NCBI GenBank assembly: GCA_016177225.1
Contig: JACOVQ010000009.1
Coordinates: forward strand, 1-54,854
Direction: 5' to 3'
From: Candidatus Zambryskiibacteriota bacterium
GTDB taxonomy: Bacteria; Patescibacteriota; Minisyncoccia; Phycocordibacterales; Zambryskibacteraceae
Length of the DNA: 54,854 nt
The translations under genes were made by a program, and so were the position numbers. This document shows, piece after piece, positions 23,442-33,023 of the stretch (its first letter is position 1; the number at the start of each line of letters is the position of its first letter). The notes under the pieces are model-generated. The model was not told the origin of the DNA, made no database searches, and was given only the letters and a program-made list of their open reading frames with translations.

Positions 23442-25830
23442 AGTAAAGTGAAAGGTCGCCCAATCCCACGTTTAGTTCTTTGGCTATTAAATGAGCAATG
23501 TAATTTCCCAGCTTGGTATCCTCGGCTTTATTCTTCAGAGAACGGTTTTGGAAAACGGCTGTGGCATAAACTTTTTTGCCGAAAACATTAGCCTGGAAAA
23601 ACACCATCTGGTCGGCTTGCGGGTCATCGCGGCCGGCATGATATTCCGACAACACGGTATTATTGTGCATCCCGCCTTTTGATTTAAGATAATCAACCAG
23701 TTTCTTGACCGTATTTACGCCCATATACTTCTCCAGTTTGTCTAGAGTTTTATTTTTAGGACGCTTCTCTTGAAAAATAATCTTTTGTATTGAATAAGCG
23801 ACAGCCCCTTCAGTACCCGGCTCTTTAACGTTATTGTCCAAAAGATATGGCCCGGAACTGACATCCCACTCTCCGTGCGGCTTAGAAGGTTCTCCCAATA
23901 TTTTTTTAGTCCGCTGTTCTTCAGTCAGCAAAAGAATATTAGCTCTATTGGAAAGCATATACATGTCGCCAGTTTCCAGTCTCAAATCTTTGGCGATTTT
24001 TGAAGTGTACGCGTCGAATAATCCGAACACGTTTTCCGGATAAGCGTTCACAGTATTATGCGCGCGGGCTATGTGGAATGAATGAAGCTTGTTGTTTAAA
24101 ATAAAGAAAATATCGTGAGTCAGGCATGGGTCATGGGTAAATTTGGTTTTGCCCGTATCATTGTCTATAAAAGTATCCATGTCTGTAGAGGGGTCAAATC
24201 TTTGGACTACCGCGGCTCGTTTAGGATTTTTTTTAAAAATTTCTACAGTTTTTTGCAGTTGGTCAAAACCAAAGTAAGCTCTAGTCCTCTGGCCATAAGA
24301 ATAAGTGCCGTCGTGGTCTAGCCGCAGAAGTTCTCGTTTATAGTTCTCTCTCATCAGAGGAGTATCTTGGTCGCCCTGACGATAAATAGCGGGCATTGTC
24401 TCAAGAGCCTTTTGCACATTCCTATAAATGGCGAGAACGGAGGCTGTTCTGGCTAAACCTTTCCAAGGGTCGCCATGTTCTTCGGTAATGCCTTGAGTAT
24501 AAATTTTCTGGAGTACTCCTTTATGGACAGATAAGAAATTATCTCCTTCGACTAAAATGCTTGGCAATACTTCGGTATTAATTTTAAAAATCGTAGCGAA
24601 ATCTTGGATGAACGAATAGCCAAGTGTTGCCGCCATAGCCGCTCTTGCAAGTTGAGTGCCAATATCCATCCTGTGCAGAATATCCATTTCATATTGCTCA
24701 AACCTATTCTCTCTAGCGAGTCTTTCGGCCATTACATACAAATTATCCGCCAAAAGCTCAAAGACTGATTCACAGACATCAAATGCCAAGCACATTACAG
24801 AGACTTTCCCGCCGCGATTACTGATTTTGTAGTAATAACGCTTATCCATCACCAACTTTATATTTGATTCAAGAGGGATTTCTTCTTTGCCGCTTATAGC
24901 ACTCGATATGACAAACGAGGGGAAAGAAATTCCGCTTGCTATCTCAGTGCCGACTCTGCCCAGTTCTGCGCCTAAGAGCAACTGGTCTATCGGAGAAATG
25001 GGCTTTTTATTCTTACCTAAGAATTTCATCAGCGAATAAGATAAAAGAAACGGGTCGTTGCTCTTTATAAAATAACTTTTAGGCCCGATTTTAATATCAA
25101 GGCGTATCAAGCCGTTATCGTCGGTTACTTTAAACGGCACAGCCAGTTTAATTTTCTTACCTTTAAGTTCTATCTTCGGAGGCTGGAGATGCTGGAAGTC
25201 TTTAGGGTCAAGCTCAACTTTCTCTTTTGGAGAAGTTGGAATGCTAATGAGCATCTCTAAAATGGAATTCAAAGAGTCATAATAAATTTTATCCTCGGAG
25301 TTTGTTTTTATGAGAAATGCGTGCAGTTCCGAAGGTATTTTGGGTTTGAGCCATTCCAAATATCTCGTCACAACCTCTCTGCTCTTCGGGTGTTTGCCCA
25401 TAAAGACTGGAATAACGGTAATCTCTTGGCGAAAAATATCAAAAATCTTTTTGGTAATAGAGGGATAATGGCTCGAGGCCGCTACGCCGCCTTTAATATA
25501 ATTGCCTTCCCGATTAGGCTCGAAGCCATCCATCAAAGCAATTAATAAATTGGTGCTTGGGGTAAATGTTAGGGATTCTTCCGAAAATAAAACCAGAAAC
25601 TTAAGCGTTGGATGAGCCAGAGCATTTACTATCATCCTCTCGCTTCCGTCGCGGCTGACTATCAGCGAGCCTAATACTGAAACATTGGGTCGGACAAGTT
25701 CTTTTATCTCGTTTAGGACTTGACCGGCGGCAGTGGTATTGGTACAAATGCCTATAAAACCACTTTTTCCTTCAGGGGGAATAGTCAGCATCGCTTCCAC
25801 TAGCGGGAAATAAGTTTTCATAGTTGCCAT
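23422..25830 (-). CDS. Multidomain protein: MtrA-like, DUF4346-like, thymidylate-synthase-like and degenerate TS-like domains
   Basis: N-terminal G.ERMIVNALAHPTLKFLVLFSEE..., middle H..DIG.QLARA..A..LG.SFIQD, TS motifs YSYGQR..FDQL, FDP, PC and N in AYPEN, and a second TS-like C-terminal fold without Cys. Confidence 0.7.
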   Translation of the reverse strand: MATMKTYFPLVEAMLTIPPEGKSGFIGICTNTTAAGQVLNEIKELVRPNVSVLGSLIVSRDGSERMIVNALAHPTLKFLVLFSEESLTFTPSTNLLIALMDGFEPNREGNYIKGGVAASSHYPSITKKIFDIFRQEITVIPVFMGKHPKSREVVTRYLEWLKPKIPSELHAFLIKTNSEDKIYYDSLNSILEMLISIPTSPKEKVELDPKDFQHLQPPKIELKGKKIKLAVPFKVTDDNGLIRLDIKIGPKSYFIKSNDPFLLSYSLMKFLGKNKKPISPIDQLLLGAELGRVGTEIASGISFPSFVISSAISGKEEIPLESNIKLVMDKRYYYKISNRGGKVSVMCLAFDVCESVFELLADNLYVMAERLARENRFEQYEMDILHRMDIGTQLARAAMAATLGYSFIQDFATIFKINTEVLPSILVEGDNFLSVHKGVLQKIYTQGITEEHGDPWKGLARTASVLAIYRNVQKALETMPAIYRQGDQDTPLMRENYKRELLRLDHDGTYSYGQRTRAYFGFDQLQKTVEIFKKNPKRAAVVQRFDPSTDMDTFIDNDTGKTKFTHDPCLTHDIFFILNNKLHSFHIARAHNTVNAYPENVFGLFDAYTSKIAKDLRLETGDMYMLSNRANILLLTEEQRTKKILGEPSKPHGEWDVSSGPYLLDNNVKEPGTEGAVAYSIQKIIFQEKRPKNKTLDKLEKYMGVNTVKKLVDYLKSKGGMHNNTVLSEYHAGRDDPQADQMVFFQANVFGKKVYATAVFQNRSLKNKAEDTKLGNYIAHLIAKELNVGLGDLSLYYVGYKF

Positions 25831-26690
25831 TTTTTGCTTGACCAGCTATCTGGGAGATACTCTGCTATGCTCCACTTTTTAAATTCTGAAGTTTCGCTTG
25901 CGAAACAATATAGATTGGGAGAAATATTTAGTTTTGAAGAGATTTCAGAAATAAATTGTCTGCAAATACCGCACATATTGCACGGAGAATCAGGATATTT
26001 AGTGGATACGACGCCAATGTCGATTATGTCTCGCTCGTTATCCATCAACGCGGATAAGATAGCTGTCATTTCGGAATGCAGATTGAGGCGTTTATCCGGG
26101 CTCGAATATTGCCCGGCATAATAAATATTTCCTTGGGAAGTATAAACAGCCGTTCCATACGAAGACGCACTGTCGTAAAGAGGAAAATTGCGGTTCAGTC
26201 CTAAAATGGCATATTCTTTAAGCCTCACGGATATTTCATCTGCACCGATTTTTATTTCCGCTCGGTTCGGAGAATACTTCTCTTTGATTTTTGAAATTGG
26301 AATCGGAGAAGGATTGTATAAAGGAAACACCAGTCTTACGTCTTTTGTTTCAAACAGAGCTTCTCCGTTGGTATTTACGATTTTGTATTTTAATGGCGCG
26401 CCTGTTCTTGCCGCATAATCAACCAATATCTTTATTACCACCGGAGAAACCAACGAACTGCCGTTTTCCGACATGGTCACGATTTCTTTGACAGGGAAAT
26501 CCGTTGAGCCGACGGAGAGGGCCAAAGCCGTTTGTTCCGAAGGAATATTCAAGAGATGAGTATCCGAACCAATCAGCGCTCCCAAATATTCCCGCTTTTC
26601 CGTTATGGCAATGGAACTTGTTCTTTCGATGCTTGTCGACTTCAGAATGCAGAGATTAAGGCCGGATTTAAGTTTTTCAATATGATTCAT
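25818..26690 (-). CDS. Two-domain cytidine-deaminase-like protein
   Basis: The C-terminal domain has HSE...PCNMCGICRQ zinc motifs. The N-terminal domain looks like a ligand-less copy (IPSEQTAL). Confidence 0.8.
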   Translation of the reverse strand: MNHIEKLKSGLNLCILKSTSIERTSSIAITEKREYLGALIGSDTHLLNIPSEQTALALSVGSTDFPVKEIVTMSENGSSLVSPVVIKILVDYAARTGAPLKYKIVNTNGEALFETKDVRLVFPLYNPSPIPISKIKEKYSPNRAEIKIGADEISVRLKEYAILGLNRNFPLYDSASSYGTAVYTSQGNIYYAGQYSSPDKRLNLHSEMTAILSALMDNERDIIDIGVVSTKYPDSPCNMCGICRQFISEISSKLNISPNLYCFASETSEFKKWSIAEYLPDSWSSKKWQL

Positions 26691-27592
26691 TAGAAAATTT
26701 CCGCGTTGGAACGCAGCTTGCTTACGATTAAACCAGCCGGCGCCCAGTCGTAATGAAGCGTTTTTTTCAGAAAGTCGCTAAAGAGATGAATTTTGTCCCT
26801 TTCCAGTCTAGGATACATTTTTTCCGATTGTTTGCTGGATAACCTTGTTGTCGGGTAAAAAGGCATGGGGAACGCATAATACGGTATAAGAGGGGAAGCA
26901 TTTTTACCTTCGACTAGAATGGCCGTTATCGGTTCGTTTAAATGCTCCAAAGCGTAATCTATGCGGTGCATTCCGTCGCAAACTATATAAAAATCTTGCT
27001 TCTTATTGTATTGAAGACCGTAGTTTATAAGCGGAGTATTGGAGTGAAAGATATCCAAGTGTTTAATAGCGCTTACCTCGTCTATGTAAAAATCTTTTAA
27101 ATATCGGTCGGCAATGTGGTGCAAATTATCATTGGCGTCTTTGACGTAAAAGTTGTTAAAAAGCTTCTTTAGTTTGTTTAAATCAATAAATCCCTTATTC
27201 AGTTCGTAAGAATGCTTCTCGATGATTGGAGGAATCATGTGAAATGTGCCGCGGTCTTTCCAGTCATATTCTATGCCGTATTGAAGTTTATGAACTCGTT
27301 TGTTGTCTTTGGCTAAAGCCTCGTCCACAGTGGAAATGATATTCAACTGGTTTAAATAAATCGTCGGTTGGGGAGAGAATAATGGAGCATAAACACTTCC
27401 TGTTTTTATAGTGGGAGAATGGCCAAGTTCTTTAGCCGGATAAACTTTGACCAGCGAGAATTGAGCTTTCTTGTAAGGTTTAATCTTTTCGCCGTCCTTG
27501 TTGTATAAACCTCTGAATTCAATACGTTTAAAAACTTCCGTCAGTTCATCAAAAGGAATAATTCGCTTGAGTTCAATAAGCCTTCCCGCCAT
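26690..27592 (-). CDS. ParB/Srx-like domain protein
   Basis: PPIIE and IVCDGMHRI..A motifs. Start placed at ATG 27592; TAATG overlap with the next gene. Confidence 0.55.
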   Translation of the reverse strand: MAGRLIELKRIIPFDELTEVFKRIEFRGLYNKDGEKIKPYKKAQFSLVKVYPAKELGHSPTIKTGSVYAPLFSPQPTIYLNQLNIISTVDEALAKDNKRVHKLQYGIEYDWKDRGTFHMIPPIIEKHSYELNKGFIDLNKLKKLFNNFYVKDANDNLHHIADRYLKDFYIDEVSAIKHLDIFHSNTPLINYGLQYNKKQDFYIVCDGMHRIDYALEHLNEPITAILVEGKNASPLIPYYAFPMPFYPTTRLSSKQSEKMYPRLERDKIHLFSDFLKKTLHYDWAPAGLIVSKLRSNAEIF

Positions 27593-27661
27593 AGATTGCT
27601 TCAGTATATAGAAATGGAGCGGCAAAACAAGATTATACTAGCTATGTTAATATAGCCCAAT

Positions 27662-28255
27662 ATGGCGAAACGAGATATAGACTTTTTGTTTGAAATTGGC
27701 TCGTTAAGAAAGGTTCCAAGAGCCTGGCAGCAGGTTTTAAATGGCAGAGTCCAAAACATTGCCGAACACCACTTTAGAGTAACCTTGATTGCCTGGACCA
27801 TTGCTATAGCCGAAAGAGCAGATGTCAATAAAGTTCTGCAAATTGCCCTTATACACGATATAGGAGAATCCAGAGCTGGTGACATTGCGTTTATGCATAG
27901 AGATTATGTGATTAGACACGAAGAGTTGGCTGAAGAACACGTCTTTCAAAATACTATTTTAGAAAAAGAAGCCGGGGTATTGTTGTCAGAATATAGCGAA
28001 AGAAAGACTTTGGAAGCCAAAATCGTGAAGGACGCAGATAATCTTGACGTGGATTTAGAGCTTAAAGAATTGGCTCAAATAGGCGACTCAGCTGCTATAG
28101 GTATGCAGAAAAATCACCGTCCTTTCGTAAGAACAATCAAGCTTTACACTAAAACCGCCAAAAAAATGTGGGACCAGATTCAAAAAACTGACCCTAACGC
28201 CTGGCATCAAGCGCTGTCAAATAAATGGATTAAGAATAAAAAGGGAGCGAAATAG
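27662..28255 (+). CDS. HD-domain phosphohydrolase (YfbR/5'-deoxynucleotidase-like)
   Basis: LRKVPR.W, NIAEHHFRV, ALIHDIGESRAGDI and VKDADNLD. Confidence 0.85.
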   Translation: MAKRDIDFLFEIGSLRKVPRAWQQVLNGRVQNIAEHHFRVTLIAWTIAIAERADVNKVLQIALIHDIGESRAGDIAFMHRDYVIRHEELAEEHVFQNTILEKEAGVLLSEYSERKTLEAKIVKDADNLDVDLELKELAQIGDSAAIGMQKNHRPFVRTIKLYTKTAKKMWDQIQKTDPNAWHQALSNKWIKNKKGAK

Positions 28256-28261
28256 TTATTA

Positions 28262-29815
28262 ATGAAAGAAAAATTAGAAAATTTAATAAAAAAGACTTTA
28301 AATTCTCTGGGAATTGAGGATAAAAGATTTGTCGTGGAGCATCCAACCGATCTCAAAATGGGAGATTATTCGACGAATGTAGCTATTAAGTATGGGCATA
28401 AGGAAGAACTAGTGCGATATATCGCATTAAATAAATCTGATGAGATAGGGAAAGTGGAGTTGGCTGGGCCAGGGTTCATTAACTTTTATTTGTCAAAAGA
28501 ATTTTTCAGAAAAAGTTTGGGAGAAATTATTGAAAAAGGAGAGAATTTTGGGAAAAACCAAAATTTGAAAGGGGAAAAAACAATGGTTGAGTACACAGAC
28601 CCGAATCCATTCAAAGAATTCCACATCGGCCATCTGATGAGCAATGCTATTGGGGAAGCGGTTTCAAGAATTATAGAATGGAGCGGCTCGGAAGTGAAAA
28701 GAGCCAATTACGAGGGGGATGTCGGACTTCATATTGCTAAAGCTCTATGGAAAGGCAATTACACTTTGGGTTCTCGGGCTTATGACGAAGACCCACAGGC
28801 AAAAATCGAGATACAAGAAATAAACAAAAAGATTTACGAACAAAGCGACCCGGAACTAAATAGGCGATATGAAAATGGTAAGAAAGAATCTCTACAAAAA
28901 TTTGAAGAAATTTATAAAAGACTCGGCACTAAATTTGATTATTATTTCTTTGAATCAGAGACAGGAAAAATCGGCACGAAGATTGTCGAAGAAAATATCG
29001 GGAAAGTGTTTGAAAAATCTGAAGGCGCCGTTGTATTTAAAGGCAGCCACACCAGAGTTTTTATAAATTCTCAAGGATTGCCGACTTATGAGGCCAAAGA
29101 TTTGGGCAATGCCAAAAATAAATATGACAAATATCAATATACGAAATCCATTGTAGTGACCGGTAATGAAATCAAAGATTATTTCAAGATAGTGCTTGAA
29201 GCGATGTCGCAAATTTTCCCGGAGTTAGCTCACAAAACCAAGCATTTGCCTCATGGCATGTTGCGCTTGCCGACAGGCAAGATGTCTTCAAGAACCGGAG
29301 ATGTTATCACGGCCGAAGAATTGATTGATGAAGTAAAAACTAAAACAAAGGGAAATGAGCCAGTAGCCATAGGCGCGATTAAATATATGATTCTGCGACA
29401 GGCGATAGGCAATGATATTGTTTTTGATTTAGAAAAGTCTGTTTCGACGGAAGGCGATTCTGGGGTATATTTGCAATACGCGCATGCGAGGGCGAACTCC
29501 GTTTTCGAAAAAGCTACTTCTCAAGGTCTGACCTTAAATACGAATTCTCAAGGCCAGACCTTAACACGCGAGATAGAAAAACTTTTATACAGATTTCCGG
29601 AAATTGTGGAGCGAGCTGGTGCAGAATATGCGCCACATTGCATTACAACTTATCTGACAGAACTTGCGGCAAGCTTTAATAATTTTTACGCGCATGAACA
29701 GGTAATAGGAGATTCTCCGGAGTCTGCTTACCGCCTCGCCATAGTCCAAGCTTTCAAAATAGTGATGAAAAACGGCTTAAATATTCTCGGAATTCCAGCT
29801 CCAGAGAGGATGTGA
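28262..29815 (+). CDS. argS: Arginine--tRNA ligase
   Basis: GDYSTN, GPGFINF, NPFKEFHIGH, KMSSRTG, YLQYAHAR and PERM C-terminus. Confidence 0.97.
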   Translation: MKEKLENLIKKTLNSLGIEDKRFVVEHPTDLKMGDYSTNVAIKYGHKEELVRYIALNKSDEIGKVELAGPGFINFYLSKEFFRKSLGEIIEKGENFGKNQNLKGEKTMVEYTDPNPFKEFHIGHLMSNAIGEAVSRIIEWSGSEVKRANYEGDVGLHIAKALWKGNYTLGSRAYDEDPQAKIEIQEINKKIYEQSDPELNRRYENGKKESLQKFEEIYKRLGTKFDYYFFESETGKIGTKIVEENIGKVFEKSEGAVVFKGSHTRVFINSQGLPTYEAKDLGNAKNKYDKYQYTKSIVVTGNEIKDYFKIVLEAMSQIFPELAHKTKHLPHGMLRLPTGKMSSRTGDVITAEELIDEVKTKTKGNEPVAIGAIKYMILRQAIGNDIVFDLEKSVSTEGDSGVYLQYAHARANSVFEKATSQGLTLNTNSQGQTLTREIEKLLYRFPEIVERAGAEYAPHCITTYLTELAASFNNFYAHEQVIGDSPESAYRLAIVQAFKIVMKNGLNILGIPAPERM

Positions 29816-29837
29816 GGTATGTTAAAATAGCCAAAAT

Positions 29838-32800
29838 ATGGCTGATAAATCTGAACGAGCCCAGAGAGAGGAGGAAATTCTCAAGTTCTGGAAAGAGAAC
29901 AAAATATTTGAGAAAAGTTTGGAGAAAAAATCTCCAAAGGGAGAATTCGTGTTTTATGATGGACCGCCTTTTGCCACCGGACTTCCTCACTATGGCCATA
30001 TTCTTCCTGGAACGATTAAAGATGTAATTCCACGCTACAAAACCATGTGTGGATATAGAGTCCCGCGCAGGTGGGGCTGGGATACGCACGGCCTGCCCAT
30101 AGAAAACCTCATAGAGCAGGAACTGGGACTTACAACAAAAAAAGATATTGAAAAGTTTGGTATCGCCGAATTCAACAAGCGTGCCAGAAACAGCGTTCTT
30201 CGTTTAGAGAAGGAGTGGAAAGAAATTATCCCTCGCACAGGACGATGGGTTGATATGGATAACGCTTATACCACAATGGATTCAAGTTATACCGAGTCTG
30301 TTTGGTGGTCTTTTAAAACTATGTTTGATAAAGGGTTGGTCTACCAAGGTTTTAAATCAATGCATCTCTGTCCAAGGTGCGAGACAACACTCTCGAATTT
30401 TGAGGTGAATCAGGGATACAAAGATATCACTGATATTTCAGTGTATGTGAAGTTTGAGCTTATAGACGAACTGAGAACATTTTTCCTCATATGGACAACC
30501 ACGCCATGGACACTTCCGGGCAATGCTGCTTTAGCTGTCAATCCAAAAGAACTTTATGTAAAAGCCAGAAAGGGAGAAGAGAACTTTATTCTCATGAAGA
30601 TCTTAGCAGATAAGGTTCTTAAGGAAAATTATAAAATTCTGGAAGAATTTTCCGGAGAAAAACTTGTCGGGAAAAGATACAAAACTCTTTTTGATTACTA
30701 CATCACAGAATCGCAGGTTTATGGCGCGGACTTTATAACGACCGAGGATGGTACTGGTATTGTCCATATTGCCCCAGCATTCGGCGAAGATGATTACAGC
30801 CTATCTCTTAAAGAAGGTCTGCAGTTTATTCAGCATGTTGGCACGGATGGGAGATTCAAGATTGAAGTGAAAGATTTTGCAGGTAGAATGGCGAAACCGA
30901 AAGATGACCACCAGTCTACTGACGTTGAAATCATAAAATATTTAGCTCACAAAAACCTGTTGTTTGCCAAGGAAAAAATTACCCACAGCTACCCTCACTG
31001 CTGGCGATGCGACACGCCGCTTTTAAATTACGCCTCCTCATCCTGGTTTGTGAAAGTAACAGAAATAAAAGATAAGCTCATTGCCGCAAATAGGAAAGTT
31101 AAGTGGCTACCGGAAGATATTCGTGACGGGCGTTTTGGCAAATGGCTCGAAGGCTCTCGAGACTGGGCTGTATCCCGCTCTCGCTTTTGGGGCACTCCTC
31201 TGCCTGTGTGGCAAAATTCAGATGAGTCTAAAAAATTTGTAGTTGATTCTATCGAGATACTTAAAAAATATGTAAAAAAGTCTGGCAACAAATATTTTGT
31301 AATGAGACATGGCGAGGCAATGAATAACGCCAGACATGAATTAGATTTAACTGGTGATCCGGATAACCATCTTACAGAAATAGGAAAAGCAGAAGTCAAA
31401 AAAGTAGATGTAAAAAACTTCGATCTAATATTTTCCTCGCCCTTTTTACGCACTAGAGAAACCGCAGAGCTTCTGGGTAAAGATTTTGCAATTGACAATA
31501 GGCTGCATGAAGTTGGTCCAAGTGAAGACCCGATAAATGTGCACCGAAGGATGGGCGAGTTTATTTTTGAGGTTGATAAGAAATATCAAAACAAAAATGT
31601 TTTAATCATTTCTCATGGTTATCCGATCTGGAGTCTCTTTAATCTTGCCAGTAAGAGCAAGTACAACAGGTTAGAACAGCCAAAAACTGGAGAAATATGG
31701 TTGTTAGACTTCGCGCCATATCCTCATGATGAAAATTACGAGCTTGATTTACACCGACCGTACATTGATGAAATTGTTTTAGAAAAAGATGGAGAAGAGT
31801 ACAGAAGAGTACCTGAAGTCTTCGACACTTGGTATGACTCGGGCTCCGTGCCATTCGCATCGCGAAAGGCAAAAGATTTCAGACCCGCTGACTTTATTGC
31901 AGAAGGGCTCGACCAGACCCGTGGCTGGTTTTACACATTGATTGTTCTCGGTACAGCACTTTTTGGAGCTTCACCGTATAGGCAAGTAGTGGTAAACGGT
32001 CTGGTGCTTGCCGAGGATGGTAAGAAGATGAGCAAGCGTTTGAAAAATTACCCTGAGCTCACTGATGTACTCAACAAATTTGGCGGAGATGCACTACGAT
32101 ACTACCTGGTTTCTTCTCCGGCTGTGCGGGCGGAAGATCTGGCCTTTTCAGAAAAAGGCCTTGATGAAGTAGTGAAGAAAAATATTAATCGTCTGGAGAA
32201 TATAGTAAGTTTCTATAAACTGTACAACAAGGATGAAAACGGTACTTTAATATCTAATCATATCCTCGATCGATGGATTGATAAAAAGCTTGAAAAGCTC
32301 ATACTGGATGTTACTGAAAGTCTTGAAAATTACGAGCTCGATCGCGCCAGCCGCCCGACAGCGGAGTTTATCGATGATTTGTCTACATGGTACTTACGCC
32401 GTTCTCGCACTAGGCCAGAGGCTTTGCCAAAATTGAGGGAAGTTCTTATTGTGTTCTCCAAAATTATTGCACCGTTCATGCCATTTATCGCTGAAGATAT
32501 TTACCAGAAGTTAAGAAAATCTGGTGATCTGGAAAGCGTGCATCTATGCGAATGGCCAAAAGTTCGGACAAGATTAAACCTTGTCAAATTCTTAAGGTTT
32601 AACCTTGGGAAAGACATAGTTATAGAAAACATGGCGGAAACTCGCCGGATTGTTTCTCTTGCTCTCGAAGCACGGGCGAAAGCGAATATCAAAGTGAGGC
32701 AACCACTTTCAAAATTACAAATTACAAATGACAAATTACAAAAAGAATATTTAGAAATTATTAGAGACGAAATAAATGTTAAGGAAGTAATTGTAAATAA

Positions 32801-33023
32801 AAAGCTTAAAGGAGAGCTTTTGTTGGATACAAACCTAACTCCAGAGCTTATTGAAGAGGGGAAGTTGCGTGACGCCATTCGTAATATTCAAGATTGGCGC
32901 AAAGAAAAAGGATTTAAGCCCGGAGAGAAAGTTAAATACGAAACAAATGACGAATTTCTCCTCAAGCACAAAGCAGAAATTGAAAGAATAACTAACGTTG
33001 AGCTACCAAATATACACAACTAA
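29838..33023 (+). CDS. ileS: Isoleucine--tRNA ligase (type 2) with inserted histidine-phosphatase domain
   Basis: DGPPFATGLPHYGH, GWDTHGLP, WTTTPWTLP, EGLDQTRGWF and KMSKR; the insert has RHG, SSPF.R and SHG. Confidence 0.96.
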   Translation: MADKSERAQREEEILKFWKENKIFEKSLEKKSPKGEFVFYDGPPFATGLPHYGHILPGTIKDVIPRYKTMCGYRVPRRWGWDTHGLPIENLIEQELGLTTKKDIEKFGIAEFNKRARNSVLRLEKEWKEIIPRTGRWVDMDNAYTTMDSSYTESVWWSFKTMFDKGLVYQGFKSMHLCPRCETTLSNFEVNQGYKDITDISVYVKFELIDELRTFFLIWTTTPWTLPGNAALAVNPKELYVKARKGEENFILMKILADKVLKENYKILEEFSGEKLVGKRYKTLFDYYITESQVYGADFITTEDGTGIVHIAPAFGEDDYSLSLKEGLQFIQHVGTDGRFKIEVKDFAGRMAKPKDDHQSTDVEIIKYLAHKNLLFAKEKITHSYPHCWRCDTPLLNYASSSWFVKVTEIKDKLIAANRKVKWLPEDIRDGRFGKWLEGSRDWAVSRSRFWGTPLPVWQNSDESKKFVVDSIEILKKYVKKSGNKYFVMRHGEAMNNARHELDLTGDPDNHLTEIGKAEVKKVDVKNFDLIFSSPFLRTRETAELLGKDFAIDNRLHEVGPSEDPINVHRRMGEFIFEVDKKYQNKNVLIISHGYPIWSLFNLASKSKYNRLEQPKTGEIWLLDFAPYPHDENYELDLHRPYIDEIVLEKDGEEYRRVPEVFDTWYDSGSVPFASRKAKDFRPADFIAEGLDQTRGWFYTLIVLGTALFGASPYRQVVVNGLVLAEDGKKMSKRLKNYPELTDVLNKFGGDALRYYLVSSPAVRAEDLAFSEKGLDEVVKKNINRLENIVSFYKLYNKDENGTLISNHILDRWIDKKLEKLILDVTESLENYELDRASRPTAEFIDDLSTWYLRRSRTRPEALPKLREVLIVFSKIIAPFMPFIAEDIYQKLRKSGDLESVHLCEWPKVRTRLNLVKFLRFNLGKDIVIENMAETRRIVSLALEARAKANIKVRQPLSKLQITNDKLQKEYLEIIRDEINVKEVIVNKKLKGELLLDTNLTPELIEEGKLRDAIRNIQDWRKEKGFKPGEKVKYETNDEFLLKHKAEIERITNVELPNIHN

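Noticed and set aside
25400-25830. MtrA-like domain as evidence of methanogenesis
   Set aside because: No other mtr genes are present, the corrinoid-ligand His appears absent, and the domain is fused to a TS-like enzyme in a bacterial context.
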